A stretch of 64,000 nt of DNA from Marispirochaeta sp. (GTDB lineage Bacteria; Spirochaetota; Spirochaetia; JC444; Marispirochaetaceae), in NCBI GenBank assembly GCA_963676835.2, contig CAXXFF010000001.1, positions 512,001 to 576,000 of the forward strand, written 5' to 3'. The translations under genes and the position numbers were made by a program. Positions 32,284 to 42,782 of this stretch are shown here, piece after piece; positions within the stretch are counted from its first letter, which is position 1; each line of letters starts with the position of its first letter. The notes beneath the pieces were generated by a model. That model ran no database searches and was not told the origin of the DNA. It saw nothing but the letters and a program-made list of their open reading frames with translations.

Positions 32284-32961
32284 ATGAAGTTCTGGAAAAG
32301 AGTCATCTACAACACTATCCGCGGAGTAACCCGGCTTAATCTTTCCCTGTTTTATGATTTTCGGGTCTGGGGTAAGGAACACATTCCCCCGGAAGGGCCG
32401 AGAATCTACTGTTCCAACCATTTTTCATCCTCTGACCCCGGGTTTGTTATAACCCTCATGCCGGAACCGGTTCATATGGTCATCGGTTCAGCCTTTGGAA
32501 TTCCCGGTCTCGGCGCACTGCTGAAAGCCGGGGAGCAGATCAATGCCTTCGGGGAGGAGGACCGTAAAAGGGTTATCCCCGAAGCGGTTGAGTATCTGAA
32601 GAAAGGGGAATCGGTCTATATTTTTCCTGAAGGTGATATCGGCGACCAGCAGGAGCTGAGGCGTTTTTACACCGGTATTGCCCGTATCTACCTGGAATAT
32701 CCCGTACCGATCATACCCATCGGCCTGATCTCACCCAGGCGTAATGTATCCGATAAGGACGTTACTGTTCACGAAGTGCTTTTCCATCAGCTGCGGGTGG
32801 TTTCCAAAAACTACTATGCCAATATTGGTGCACCCCTGGAGTTTCCAGAGTATCTGAAAATAGAAGATACCAGGACGGCGGCCGGTGAAATTACGGATCT
32901 GATAAAACTGAAAATATCAGAGCTCATTGACGATATCAAACAGAACAAATTCTGGAGTTAA
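32284..32961 (+). CDS. plsC: 1-acyl-sn-glycerol-3-phosphate acyltransferase-like
   Basis: NHxSxxD (NHFSSSD) and FPEG motifs. Confidence 0.8.
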   Translation: MKFWKRVIYNTIRGVTRLNLSLFYDFRVWGKEHIPPEGPRIYCSNHFSSSDPGFVITLMPEPVHMVIGSAFGIPGLGALLKAGEQINAFGEEDRKRVIPEAVEYLKKGESVYIFPEGDIGDQQELRRFYTGIARIYLEYPVPIIPIGLISPRRNVSDKDVTVHEVLFHQLRVVSKNYYANIGAPLEFPEYLKIEDTRTAAGEITDLIKLKISELIDDIKQNKFWS

Positions 32962-32973
32962 AAGGAGGGGACA

Positions 32974-33771
32974 ATGAAGGTCCTTGAAGAGATAAAACAA
33001 ATTTTCAATCTGATTATGGAACATTCCGAGGATGTTTCAAAAATTCGCTTTGAAGCCCGCATGAAAAACGGAGCGGCTTTTAAATACAGCTTCGACCGGC
33101 AGAAATGGGAGAAAGAGCTGCAGAAAGACAAAATTCCCAAGCGGGAATCCAACCAGCTTATCAACGCGATCCTTGATGTTGTCGGTATTGCCGCGGCAGT
33201 TTCCATCCTGGTGCTTCTGGCTACCCTTGCCGGGATTGGCGGGAAATCCGCGGAAGCGGCCAGTTACAGCGTGGGCGGAGGCCTTCTGATCCTCTATTTT
33301 CTCTTCAGTGCTATATTCAACTTTCTCACACCAGGTCATACAGCCCGGGATTTCTTTTTCCGCTTCAGAGGAATTTTACTCTTTCTTACCATGGCCGGGT
33401 TTTATCTTCCCCTCTTTCTTGTCTACACCGGTGGAACCTCCGGCGCAACCTTTGTAGGTATTATGCTGCTGTTCTCCCTGGTGGGACTCTACATGTTCGG
33501 TCTTAATACAAAAGGTGCCCGTAAAACGGCTGGTATTTTCGGCATCCTGCTTTCATGGATTCCGGTGGCTGCCCTGCCCTTTATGATCCACCCCCTGGGG
33601 TTTTTCCGCAGCGTTCTAATTGCAGTAACCTCACTGCTTTTAAGCTTCTGGACGGTGGCAGCCATGAGGGAAAATCCGGCGGAGCAGAAGGAGACACCTG
33701 CAACCAACCTCTTCCTGCTGTTTGCAAGCCTCTGTCTCTTCTGGCTGCATCTGCTCTGGCTGGGAGCCTGA
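32974..33771 (+). CDS. Divergent hemolysin III/PAQR-like membrane protein
   Basis: About 7 TM segments; INAILDVVG, SAIFN, AGFYLP in HlyIII-like positions. Confidence 0.5.
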   Translation: MKVLEEIKQIFNLIMEHSEDVSKIRFEARMKNGAAFKYSFDRQKWEKELQKDKIPKRESNQLINAILDVVGIAAAVSILVLLATLAGIGGKSAEAASYSVGGGLLILYFLFSAIFNFLTPGHTARDFFFRFRGILLFLTMAGFYLPLFLVYTGGTSGATFVGIMLLFSLVGLYMFGLNTKGARKTAGIFGILLSWIPVAALPFMIHPLGFFRSVLIAVTSLLLSFWTVAAMRENPAEQKETPATNLFLLFASLCLFWLHLLWLGA

Positions 33772-33778
33772 TCAGACG

Positions 33779-34369
33779 TCAGGCAAGATCGGGAGATAGA
33801 TTAGAAGAGAGGTCCATAGAAAGTTCAGGAGAACCGGTTAAACCCTTCTCTTTCAGCATATCCGAATAGTACCTGGCCTCCAGGCGGCTTTCGGATATGC
33901 CGGTCTCCCGGTAAATCTGCATAATCTCTTGCCGTGCAGTTTCAGCATCTGCCTCCTCTTCGGGGACAACTTTTTCAATCTCAAGAAAGCGGCCCAGCCC
34001 GGCCACTTCCACAAACTCGACAATAAGCCCCCGGCCGGTAAACTTCAGACCCGATTTCTTTTTGCGCAAGAAAAATGTGCAGCCGAACCGGCGGAGGAGT
34101 TCATCCAGAACTTCAAAGCTTCCCACGGTGGTTTCATGCTCCCGGTTTATTTCAAGGGCACCTTCACGCCGTTTATCTTTGTAGGTAAGAATCCATTCAT
34201 CACCGCTTCTGCGCAGCCGTATGGTCCTCAGCAGAGGAAACTGTTCACCCGCCTCGTAATAGATATCATCCTTATAAATCTCAGAAGCCTCGCCGAACAA
34301 CTCCCGCAGCCGGGCTTCCACCTCTTCGGGATTATCCACCCAGGCTTTAAGTTCTATTTCCATGGACAT
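33779..34369 (-). CDS. CYTH-domain protein (class IV adenylate cyclase-like)
   Basis: EIELK (ExExK), IRLRR, LTYK, GLGRFLEIE. Confidence 0.85.
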   Translation of the reverse strand: MSMEIELKAWVDNPEEVEARLRELFGEASEIYKDDIYYEAGEQFPLLRTIRLRRSGDEWILTYKDKRREGALEINREHETTVGSFEVLDELLRRFGCTFFLRKKKSGLKFTGRGLIVEFVEVAGLGRFLEIEKVVPEEEADAETARQEIMQIYRETGISESRLEARYYSDMLKEKGLTGSPELSMDLSSNLSPDLA

Positions 34370-34411
34370 GATGAACTCCTTCTTACTTTATTTTTCCCCT
34401 TTCCCTTTTTC

Positions 34412-35686
34412 TCAGTCAAACCAGATAAAAAAGGCAGGCTGATAGAGGAACTCCGCAAGGCGGCTCTGCAGCTGAGGGCTCTCCCGGTAGGCAATTTCAA
34501 GATCCGTCGGTGAAGGAGAAGCCGCAAAAAACGAGGGGATTCCCCCGTGGATCTTCGGCATGGCGGTGATCAGCGACCGGCCTCTGAGCATACCGTCCAG
34601 CCGATACTGCTCCATACCGGAAACAACCGCAACATCCCGTTCGCTCAAATCGGGGTGCTGTCCGGGTATATAGGAGAAAATACCCGGATAGAAGAGAAAC
34701 CGTTTTCTCTCATCCCTGTAGGCGTTGAAACTTCCCTCCCACAGAACCGGAGAAGGTTTTACAGTTCTTGAATTGCCGATCTTTTTCAGCACCGTGGAGG
34801 TAAAAATCCTGCCGGTAATTTCCGGAAGTCCCGGATCAAGCAGCGGGGTTGCCCCGGCAAAAAGACCGAGATCACCAATACGGACATCCTCATACAGGGA
34901 AGCTCCCTCTGGGGCTTCGGAAAAATCCAGAGAAATCGCTTCTGCACCCTTTGTCAGATCCTCCACAGGAATGGAAAACTCAAGAGCCAGGCCATTGGAA
35001 TAATTCGGCAGGGTCAGAGGAGCACGGGGAATAAAGACAAGACTGCGAAAGCCCCGTCTGCTGCCTCCGGCAGCACCGGTTTCGAGAATACTGTCCAGAA
35101 CCCTGCCAGTCTGCTCATTTAAACCTGAAGCAAGCTCAGGATACAGCTGCTTTGCATCTTTCAACGACGAAATCCCGCTTCTGTATTGGCGTGATCCTTC
35201 GGGAGCGGTCAGATAGAGAGGTTCTGCAAGCAGGGAGGCATCAAGAAAAATCAGGGCCTCAGGCAGTTCCGCAGTATCCCGCTGTGATGCAAAAAAATCA
35301 TCCCCATCAACTGCACCGGCTATAAACCCCGGTGTACGTTCCGGTGCGGTTCGTAGGATGAGAACATCCGCTTTGGATAACTCTGCAGACCCGTAGGTCT
35401 GAATCGGGACAAGCCGATGAACCGTGTCAGTCTTGAAGATAAAACGTTCAGGCTGTATCGACCATGCCCCGGGTCTGTCGAAGCGCATAACCAGCATGCG
35501 TTTCCCGGGAACCCTGCCCTCTTCCAGCTGCATGATGGTGACATCCTCTACGGGCAGGTAGACCGAATAGACCGGCTTCTCCGGGACAGGAGCCGGAACT
35601 GCCTCCGGAATAATCTGGGGTTCACCCGCTTCCGGCTGACTGCTGCATGAAGCAACACCAAGCAGAACAACTGTCAGGAGGAGCAT
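34412..35686 (-). CDS. Hypothetical lipoprotein
   Basis: MLLLTVVLLGVASC lipobox-like start just downstream of gpmI; no family recognised. Confidence 0.6.
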   Translation of the reverse strand: MLLLTVVLLGVASCSSQPEAGEPQIIPEAVPAPVPEKPVYSVYLPVEDVTIMQLEEGRVPGKRMLVMRFDRPGAWSIQPERFIFKTDTVHRLVPIQTYGSAELSKADVLILRTAPERTPGFIAGAVDGDDFFASQRDTAELPEALIFLDASLLAEPLYLTAPEGSRQYRSGISSLKDAKQLYPELASGLNEQTGRVLDSILETGAAGGSRRGFRSLVFIPRAPLTLPNYSNGLALEFSIPVEDLTKGAEAISLDFSEAPEGASLYEDVRIGDLGLFAGATPLLDPGLPEITGRIFTSTVLKKIGNSRTVKPSPVLWEGSFNAYRDERKRFLFYPGIFSYIPGQHPDLSERDVAVVSGMEQYRLDGMLRGRSLITAMPKIHGGIPSFFAASPSPTDLEIAYRESPQLQSRLAEFLYQPAFFIWFD

Positions 35687-35738
35687 AAAAATACCGGCAG
35701 CCCCTGAAGGCCGCCGGCGGTAATCACCCGAAAAGAAC

Positions 35739-37388
35739 TTATTTCCAGTCAAGAACACTGGTGTCATAGTCCTCAGGGGCCGTATAGCCCAGAAGTTCGA
35801 TGGAGGTTGCCGCAAGAGAGCTGATTCCAAGACCCTCTTTGAGTTTGGGAGCATATTCACCCTTGCTGTCAAAATCCACAATAACACAGGGCACAGGATT
35901 AAGGGAGTGAGAGGTCTTTGCCTTGGGCTGACCATTCTCCTTGATAACAACACTGCCGTCTTTTTTGTGCTCGTACATGTCGTCGGAGTTACCGTGGTCG
36001 GCGGTAAGAATAAGGGTAGCTCCGGCCTTCTTCGCAGCTTTTTCAAGCCTTCCCAGCTGCAGGTCCATGGCCTCTATGGAGCAGACTACCGCAGGGAAAA
36101 TACCGGTATGACCGACCATATCGCCGTTGGGGAAGTTCAGCCGGATAAAATCATATTTACCTTCTTCAAGGGCTTCAATAACCTTGTCGGTAATCTCCGC
36201 AGTCTTCATCCAGGGACGCTGTTCGAAGGGAACGATATCTGAAGGAATTTCAATATAGTCTTCCAGCTTTTCATCAAACTTGCCGGTTTTGTTTCCGTTG
36301 AAGAAGTAGGTAACATGGCCGTACTTCTGGGTCTCGCTGATAGCAAGCTGCTTAACCCCGGTGGCGACAAGGTATTCTCCCATGGTGCGGTCGATGGATG
36401 GAGGGGGTACCAGATACTGTTTGGGTACATGCAGGTCGCCGTCGTACTCCATCATTCCCGCATACTCAACTGCAGGTCTCCGTTTGCGGTCGAAGGCGGT
36501 AAAATCATCATCCTCAAAAGCCGAGGTAATTTCCAGGGCACGGTCGCCGCGAAAATTAAAGAAAACCATGGAATCGCCGTCTTCAACAGTACCAATGGGG
36601 GTTCCGTTCTCGCCGATTATAAAGGGGGGAAGGTCCTGGTCGATGGCTCCGGTCTCTTCCCGAAGGGTTTCTACAGCTTCGTGGGCAGAGGCAAACTGAC
36701 GGCCCTCTCCCAGAACATGGGTATACCATCCATTCTCCACCATTTTCCAGTTAGCCCCGTAACGATCCATGGTGATCTGCATTCTTCCGCCGCCGGAGGC
36801 AATCCGGTAATCTACACCTTTAGCATTGAGACCGGCCAGAAACTCTTCAAAGGGATCAATATATTCAAGGGCAGAAGTTTCACCCACATCCCGTCCATCA
36901 AGGAGAATATGCACCCGTGCCTTCTTTACCCCCAGGGAGAGGGCATTTTCCAGCATGGCTCTGAGGTGAGCTACATTGGAATGCACATTTCCGTCGGAAA
37001 AAAGACCGAGAAAATGGAGGGTTGATGATTTGTCATTGACATTGGCAACCAGTTTATTCCAGGTTTCGCCCTTGAAGAAGGTCCCCTCTTCGATGGACTT
37101 ACCGACCAGTTTTGCACCCTGGGCAAAAACGCGTCCGCAGCCGATGGCATTATGACCGACTTCACTGTTTCCCATGTCGTCATCCGAAGGCAGACCGACA
37201 GCAGTTCCGTGAGCCCGAAGCCGGGTTGAAGGCCACTCGGCGGTAAGCCTGTCCAGATTGGGAGTAAGGGCTGCCTTGACTGCATCACCCTGTTCGTAGG
37301 AGCCGTAGCCGACTCCGTCCATTACAATAAGTACAACCGGCCCCTTGCGGCCCTTGAACTTCGAATTCTTCGCCAATGCTTTAACCAT
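35739..37388 (-). CDS. gpmI: 2,3-BPG-independent phosphoglycerate mutase
   Basis: MGNSEVGH, DGRDV, NFRGDRA, ETQKYGHVTYFF, DMVGHTG, TADHGN. Confidence 0.97.
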   Translation of the reverse strand: MVKALAKNSKFKGRKGPVVLIVMDGVGYGSYEQGDAVKAALTPNLDRLTAEWPSTRLRAHGTAVGLPSDDDMGNSEVGHNAIGCGRVFAQGAKLVGKSIEEGTFFKGETWNKLVANVNDKSSTLHFLGLFSDGNVHSNVAHLRAMLENALSLGVKKARVHILLDGRDVGETSALEYIDPFEEFLAGLNAKGVDYRIASGGGRMQITMDRYGANWKMVENGWYTHVLGEGRQFASAHEAVETLREETGAIDQDLPPFIIGENGTPIGTVEDGDSMVFFNFRGDRALEITSAFEDDDFTAFDRKRRPAVEYAGMMEYDGDLHVPKQYLVPPPSIDRTMGEYLVATGVKQLAISETQKYGHVTYFFNGNKTGKFDEKLEDYIEIPSDIVPFEQRPWMKTAEITDKVIEALEEGKYDFIRLNFPNGDMVGHTGIFPAVVCSIEAMDLQLGRLEKAAKKAGATLILTADHGNSDDMYEHKKDGSVVIKENGQPKAKTSHSLNPVPCVIVDFDSKGEYAPKLKEGLGISSLAATSIELLGYTAPEDYDTSVLDWK

Positions 37389-37522
37389 AACAATATCCTT
37401 CCGTTTTACTTCAAATAGCTGTCTGACTGTAACAACAGGGACAAGCTCATAATTTCCTTCCGGTTTCTACACAATATAGTAATACAATCTTGTCAGGGAA
37501 AGAGTTATATTCCGCCGTCTGA

Positions 37523-38398
37523 CTAATCGAAGATTACTGTTTTATTGTTGAATACCAGTACCTTGTTATCCACGTGGAGCTGAACCGCCCGGGACAGCAC
37601 CATCTTCTCCAGATTTTTACCTTTCTGCACAAGATCCTGAACCGTATCCCTGTGGGAAATACGGGTTACGTTCTGCTCTATAATCGGCCCCTGATCCAGT
37701 TCCGCAGTAACATAGTGACTGGTGGCTCCGATAATCTTTACTCCCCGGGAGTATGCCTGATGATAGGGCTTGGCCCCGATAAAAGCAGGGAGAAATGAGT
37801 GATGAATGTTGATTATTCTGTTTTTATAACGCTCGACAAAGGAGTTGCTTAAGATCTGCATATACCGGGCAAGGACAATAAGGTCCGCCTGATGCCGGTC
37901 GATGACTTCCCACTGCGCAGCCTCTGCTTCCGCCTTGGTCGCTTTGGTAACCGGGATATGATAGAAAGGAACTTCGAAGTATTCCGCGATGGAACTGCAG
38001 TCATCATGATTGGAGATTATACAGACAATCTCCGCATCCAGTTCCCCCGACTTCCAGCGGGTCATGAGATCCCACAGACAGTGATCAAACTTTGATACAA
38101 AAATGGCTGTCCGGGTGACTCTGGTGGAGAACTCGATACGCCACTGCATCTGAAACTTCTCGGCAATAGCTTCGAATGCCTGGGGAATTTTATCCTTCTT
38201 GATGGTGAAATCCACCAGGTCCCACTCAATGCGCATAAAAAAAGTGCCGGTCTCGTCATCGTTATGCTGATCTGAATGGAGGATATTTCCGTTATAGGTA
38301 AAAATAAAATGGGTAACTTCAGCTACGATTCCCCGGTGGTCGGGGCAGCTTATCAGCAGGGTTGCTGTATCGCCGGAATTGGGCCGACTGGTTGCCAT
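37523..38398 (-). CDS. purU: Formyltetrahydrofolate deformylase
   Basis: CPDHRGIVA ACT domain, LARYMQIL, INIHHSFLPAF, GVKIIGATSH, LDQGPII. Confidence 0.96.
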   Translation of the reverse strand: MATSRPNSGDTATLLISCPDHRGIVAEVTHFIFTYNGNILHSDQHNDDETGTFFMRIEWDLVDFTIKKDKIPQAFEAIAEKFQMQWRIEFSTRVTRTAIFVSKFDHCLWDLMTRWKSGELDAEIVCIISNHDDCSSIAEYFEVPFYHIPVTKATKAEAEAAQWEVIDRHQADLIVLARYMQILSNSFVERYKNRIINIHHSFLPAFIGAKPYHQAYSRGVKIIGATSHYVTAELDQGPIIEQNVTRISHRDTVQDLVQKGKNLEKMVLSRAVQLHVDNKVLVFNNKTVIFD

Positions 38399-38599
38399 GG
38401 ATGAAAAGCTCCTTTGCGTAAGTCGCGCCATACTGCCCGGTAATAAAACCGGAGAGCAGCGCATTTCATCGGGTATTCTATCAGGTTGATGCAAAAAAAA
38501 GCAATGATGCGCCGGTTTTCTTCAGCATCCTTTTTCATACCTGTGTAAGCCTCTTTTTCTGGCTTCCCTTAGTCCTCTATACGGGTATAATCATAAGAT

Positions 38600-39415
38600 A
38601 TGAATAATGATTCACCCCGCATTATCCAGAGTGCCCGACCCCTGTTTTTAAGGGGAACAAACAATACAGCCGTCCTGCTTATACACGGCTGGACCGGCTA
38701 TCCGGGGCAGCACTATTTTCTGGCGGAAGCCCTCAACAAGCAAGGCTATACCGTCGCCGTACCCCGTCTTCCGGGGCACGGCAGCACAACCGCAGACTTT
38801 CTCTCCGCCAGGGGAGCTGACTGGATAAGAAAAGCGGAAGATGCCTATATGGAACTATCCGTGGACTACCCGAGGACTGTCCCGGTGGGAGTTTCCATGG
38901 GAGCCCTTCTGGCACTGCACATCGGCGCCCGCTGGAAAGTTCCCGGAATAGGAGCTGCGGCCCCGGCGGTTTCCCTGAAAAACCGCTTTGCCCATTTTGC
39001 CCCCTGGATTCACCCTTTTATAAGCGAAATCCCCCTTTCACCTGAAGAAAAGGAAGGAAAAAAAATGAAAAAAAGAACAGATGAGGGGGATGAGAAAAAA
39101 TTTGAAGATCCCGATGAAGAGTATATCCGGGAACAGTACTGGTCTGCCCGTTACCCATCAGCTGTTGCACAGTTTTTAAAGGTGCGCAGAAAAGTGCTGA
39201 AGGAACTCTCTCTGGTAGAGGCTCCCCTCTATATTGTCGAAACCGAACAGGATGAGATGGTGACTCTGAGATCCGGACAGTTTATTCAGGAAAAAAGCCG
39301 TTCAGCCAAGGTGGACCGGCTCCTGCTGAAAGAGAGTAAGCACCAGGTTTTTAACGGAACAGAGCGGGAAACCGTTGCGTCAGGGCTTATTACCTGGCTT
39401 GATTCCCTTGAATAG
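38600..39415 (+). CDS. Alpha/beta hydrolase (carboxylesterase-like)
   Basis: HGWTG, LPGHG, GVSMG nucleophile elbow. Confidence 0.88.
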   Translation: MNNDSPRIIQSARPLFLRGTNNTAVLLIHGWTGYPGQHYFLAEALNKQGYTVAVPRLPGHGSTTADFLSARGADWIRKAEDAYMELSVDYPRTVPVGVSMGALLALHIGARWKVPGIGAAAPAVSLKNRFAHFAPWIHPFISEIPLSPEEKEGKKMKKRTDEGDEKKFEDPDEEYIREQYWSARYPSAVAQFLKVRRKVLKELSLVEAPLYIVETEQDEMVTLRSGQFIQEKSRSAKVDRLLLKESKHQVFNGTERETVASGLITWLDSLE

Positions 39416-39434
39416 TAATTAAAAAAGCACAACC

Positions 39435-39935
39435 CTATTCCCGGGGAATCTTCGCTTTAAGAACTATCTCTTCACCGCCAAGGCGGATAACCGCCTCTAT
39501 TTTTTCATCCCCCGGACTGTAGGGTTCCCTGCCCCGGAGTATCTGCTCCTCATCTTCCGGGTTCAGATAGCCGAAAAGGCGGACTTCCCTGCCCCCGGGC
39601 AGAACCCTCAGCAGACACTCAACCTCTTCTTCCTCCGGATCCCCATCGGGTATCGCCCGTACTGCGGTAAGGATTGTGCCGTCAAAGAGGCTCACATTCA
39701 TAGAGAAACGGTAGTCTGCTGCAGTTTTATCCCCGCCGCGGAAATAGGGAAGCAGAAACATACCCACTGCGGTCATTATGAGAATGTCCAGAAAGATCAC
39801 CATAAGATGACGGTTTCGGCTGAAAAAGCTGCCTTTCTGCCTGTTTTTAATATCATCGGGGAGTCGGGATTCCCGTTCTTCCCGGTTGTAATGAAAATGA
39901 AGCTCCCCGGGTCGATGGCTTTCAGGCCCCTTCAC
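39435..39935 (-). CDS. Hypothetical single-TM protein
   Basis: GTG start behind GGGGAG overlapping the nnr stop; FHYNREER motif, one TM. Confidence 0.55.
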   Translation of the reverse strand: MKGPESHRPGELHFHYNREERESRLPDDIKNRQKGSFFSRNRHLMVIFLDILIMTAVGMFLLPYFRGGDKTAADYRFSMNVSLFDGTILTAVRAIPDGDPEEEEVECLLRVLPGGREVRLFGYLNPEDEEQILRGREPYSPGDEKIEAVIRLGGEEIVLKAKIPRE

Positions 39936-41439
39936 GGCGAAACTCCCCTGTAATGCGTCCAATAACAAGAAGAAGATCGGAAGCAGTAAATACTCCGAAC
40001 TCCTCTGCTGCCTGTGCTGCCGCCTGCTGATGTATCCAGGCAGCAGTTCCTGCACAGGCAAATCCGTCGAGGTCTCCTGCGGCCATAAGTCCTGCAGTAA
40101 GACCCGCCAGAACATCGCCGCTGCCGCCGGTTCCAGTTAGAGGGTTCATACCGTCGATAACGGCCGATCTGCCCCCGGGGGATACCACACAGGAGACATG
40201 GCCCTTCAGAAGAACCGTGGCATTGTATTTTTCTGAAGCCGCCGCTGCGGCTCCGAAGGGATCATCTGTAATGTCGCTATTTGAACAGTTCAGAAGGCGG
40301 GCACACTCCCCGGGATGGGGTGTCAGAATCCAGTCAGGATTCAGCTGAAGTGAGCTTTCCGCCAGCTGCGACAAAAGAGTCAGGCCGTCGGCATCAATAA
40401 CTCCTCTTTTGAAAGAGGAGACTATATCCGGCAACAGATTACCCCGCCCATCAAGCCCCCATCCGGGTCCCACAAGTACCGATGCATACCCCCGCAAATC
40501 CGGCAGATCCACAGAAGAATTCAGTGCAACAGGCCGCATAATCACCGGGGGAATCTGCCCCGCGGCGCTTGAGTAAATATCATCATCCAGAAAAAGGGTA
40601 ACAAGCCCTGCTCCGCTTCGTGCACACGCTTCTGCTGCCAATAGTGCTGCCCCCAGGGTGCCTTTTGAACCGGCAAAGAGTGCCGCATGTCCGCGGGTTT
40701 TCTTGTATGCCGTGGCAGCAAAGGGCTTCAGAACCTCGCGTACTTCATCCCGGTCCCAGAGGGTCCAGCCCGGAGTCTCGTCGACAAGACCTTCCGGAAA
40801 TCCGATGGGAATGTGCCGGATTTTTCCGCAGAACTCCCTGGCTGCAGGATGATACAGCGCCAGTTTTCCCGGAGCCACCGTAAGGGTAAGATCTGCAGGC
40901 AGAACGGTAAAGCCGGGCTTGAAGGAGTCCCCGATTCCCGAAGGCACATCCACTGCAGCTGTTCGGAAACTTTTCTCAGAAAGGTTCGCGACAAAAGAGG
41001 CGCACTCCCCCGGCAGCCGCGAAAGTTCTCCCTTGAGGCCTGTGCCGCTTAAGCCGTCGATGAGAATATCTGCACTGCGTATGGCATCTTCAGCCTTTTC
41101 CCTGTTGCGGGCAAAGGAAATCTGCTCCAGTCCCAGCTTTTTGCAGACAGCAAGCCACTGTCCAGCCAGACCTGAGTATTCATCTTTAAAGGTAATTATT
41201 GTTATAGAGGAGTATCCGGCGGCAGCTGCCTGCCGGGCCATAACCAGGGCATCCCCCCCGTTATTTCCGCCCCCGGCAAGAATAATTAGAGAATCAGTTT
41301 TTTCCGGGCGGAATTCCGACTCCAGGGCTTCAAAAAGACGTATACCGGCATTCTCCATGAGAATAACACCGGGAATGCCGTACTCATCCTGTGTGCGGCG
41401 GTCTATTTCTACTGCTCCAGTGTCAGGTACCAGCTTCAT
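39922..41439 (-). CDS. nnr: Bifunctional NAD(P)H-hydrate epimerase/dehydratase
   Basis: LMENAG, GNNGGD, DVPSG, GPGWG, DADG, TPHPGE, GGSGDVLAG. Confidence 0.93.
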   Translation of the reverse strand: MKLVPDTGAVEIDRRTQDEYGIPGVILMENAGIRLFEALESEFRPEKTDSLIILAGGGNNGGDALVMARQAAAAGYSSITIITFKDEYSGLAGQWLAVCKKLGLEQISFARNREKAEDAIRSADILIDGLSGTGLKGELSRLPGECASFVANLSEKSFRTAAVDVPSGIGDSFKPGFTVLPADLTLTVAPGKLALYHPAAREFCGKIRHIPIGFPEGLVDETPGWTLWDRDEVREVLKPFAATAYKKTRGHAALFAGSKGTLGAALLAAEACARSGAGLVTLFLDDDIYSSAAGQIPPVIMRPVALNSSVDLPDLRGYASVLVGPGWGLDGRGNLLPDIVSSFKRGVIDADGLTLLSQLAESSLQLNPDWILTPHPGECARLLNCSNSDITDDPFGAAAAASEKYNATVLLKGHVSCVVSPGGRSAVIDGMNPLTGTGGSGDVLAGLTAGLMAAGDLDGFACAGTAAWIHQQAAAQAAEEFGVFTASDLLLVIGRITGEFRREGA

Positions 41440-42709
41440 CTTTCTTTTTTGCCCTTTCTGCGGTTTTCTCTGCATCCCGCTGCATATCAAGTACTTTATC
41501 GGTCCGCCACCAGACCAGATCGGCCTCATACTCCCTGCAGAGAACTGCAGTCAGAATGCCGTCGTTATTGAGATGAAAATCCCGGTAGAAGATCTCCCGG
41601 TCCTGGAGGTTGATCCTGGGGCGGTCGATAACCACGCCGTTACGGTCGACCACCAGAATCTGATACTGTCCCGCGGAAAACGGCCCTATGAGAAAGAAAA
41701 ACCCTCCCCGGGCAACACCGAGAAACTCATGCAGAACCTCTTCGTCCTGGCCTGCCCCGAGTCCGGGGAGTTCCTGCTTGCGGACCACATGGGGAACCTC
41801 CATGGAGCCCTCATACTCTCCAGTGGCAGGATTCAGCCAGTAGAAATAACTTGCATAATAGTCGATTCTGGTTCCGGTCCCGCTGATAGACTCCCGAACC
41901 TCCCGGTAGGTATCGATCTTTACATAGAGGGTATCGTCTTCGGTGTCGGGAATGATTTTTTCCAGAGACGGAATAATCCCCTCTTCATCCGGTGCGGGAA
42001 GATTGGACAACGGTACAGTTACCTGGTATTTCAGGGATCCCCCCGAGGTAAACCAGAACACCAGCCAGGCATCCTCTCCCCGGGAAACGATTATAATATC
42101 ATCCCTGCTGTTTACGTGAATGTTCTCGATGTAGGGAAAGGGAGTACCGCCGATACCCTCCTGTCCGAGATAATCAAGATAGTTACCGGCGGCATCAAAC
42201 CGGCGCACAACCCGGTTAAGGTAGGCATGCATCTCGGGGCTGGTTTCCGCCCGGGCATCCGGAACCGCATCCTCCACCAGCAGATTGCCGCCGCTTGAAA
42301 CCGCTATCTCACCAACCTCCAGAAAAGGGAAAGGAAGTGCTACCCTGCTTGATACCCGGTCATCACCTTCCGGCGTGTTGAGCAGCACCGGTTTGGGATT
42401 GAAATCGGGATTGTAATGCAGGCTGAGAAGGTCTCCGTAGGAAGAGAACTCCATAACCTTGCGTCCCCGGGAGTTGGCGAGAAAGATAATTCCGTCCTTC
42501 ATGTTGACCCTTATACGGTCATCGAAGGAGGAAATCCCGTCATAATAGATATCCAGCTGGTCTTCCATTTTGCCAATGGGAATGGAAAAAAGCTGCTCCT
42601 GTTCGAGGGTGGCGTTCCCTCCGGAAGAACAGGAGAAAAAAAGAACAGGGATAAGAGAAAATAATATAAGCCCCCGCAGGCGGCTGTAGTCGTCGGTACT
42701 GCTTTTCAT
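41423..42709 (-). CDS. Spirochaete lipoprotein, LIC_12708-like (beta-propeller-like)
   Basis: FFSC lipobox; KVMEFSSYGDLL, YLGQEGIGGTPFPYI, VWWRTD; family name is from memory. Confidence 0.6.
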   Translation of the reverse strand: MKSSTDDYSRLRGLILFSLIPVLFFSCSSGGNATLEQEQLFSIPIGKMEDQLDIYYDGISSFDDRIRVNMKDGIIFLANSRGRKVMEFSSYGDLLSLHYNPDFNPKPVLLNTPEGDDRVSSRVALPFPFLEVGEIAVSSGGNLLVEDAVPDARAETSPEMHAYLNRVVRRFDAAGNYLDYLGQEGIGGTPFPYIENIHVNSRDDIIIVSRGEDAWLVFWFTSGGSLKYQVTVPLSNLPAPDEEGIIPSLEKIIPDTEDDTLYVKIDTYREVRESISGTGTRIDYYASYFYWLNPATGEYEGSMEVPHVVRKQELPGLGAGQDEEVLHEFLGVARGGFFFLIGPFSAGQYQILVVDRNGVVIDRPRINLQDREIFYRDFHLNNDGILTAVLCREYEADLVWWRTDKVLDMQRDAEKTAERAKKKDEAGT

Positions 42710-42756
42710 AGCTGTCAGGATTCTACAACCGCCATAGTAAAAGGTCAACAAAGGGA

Positions 42757-42782
42757 ATTTACTGACTTTCCCCGAACTTTTC
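42757..42782 (+). repeat. Island boundary direct repeat, left copy
   Basis: ATTTACTGACTTTCCCCGAACTTTTC, identical to 52309-52334. Confidence 0.95.

Noticed and set aside
37523..38398. purU as the C1 sink of the methyltransferase cluster
   Set aside because: It is 16 kb away among housekeeping genes; no evidence of linkage
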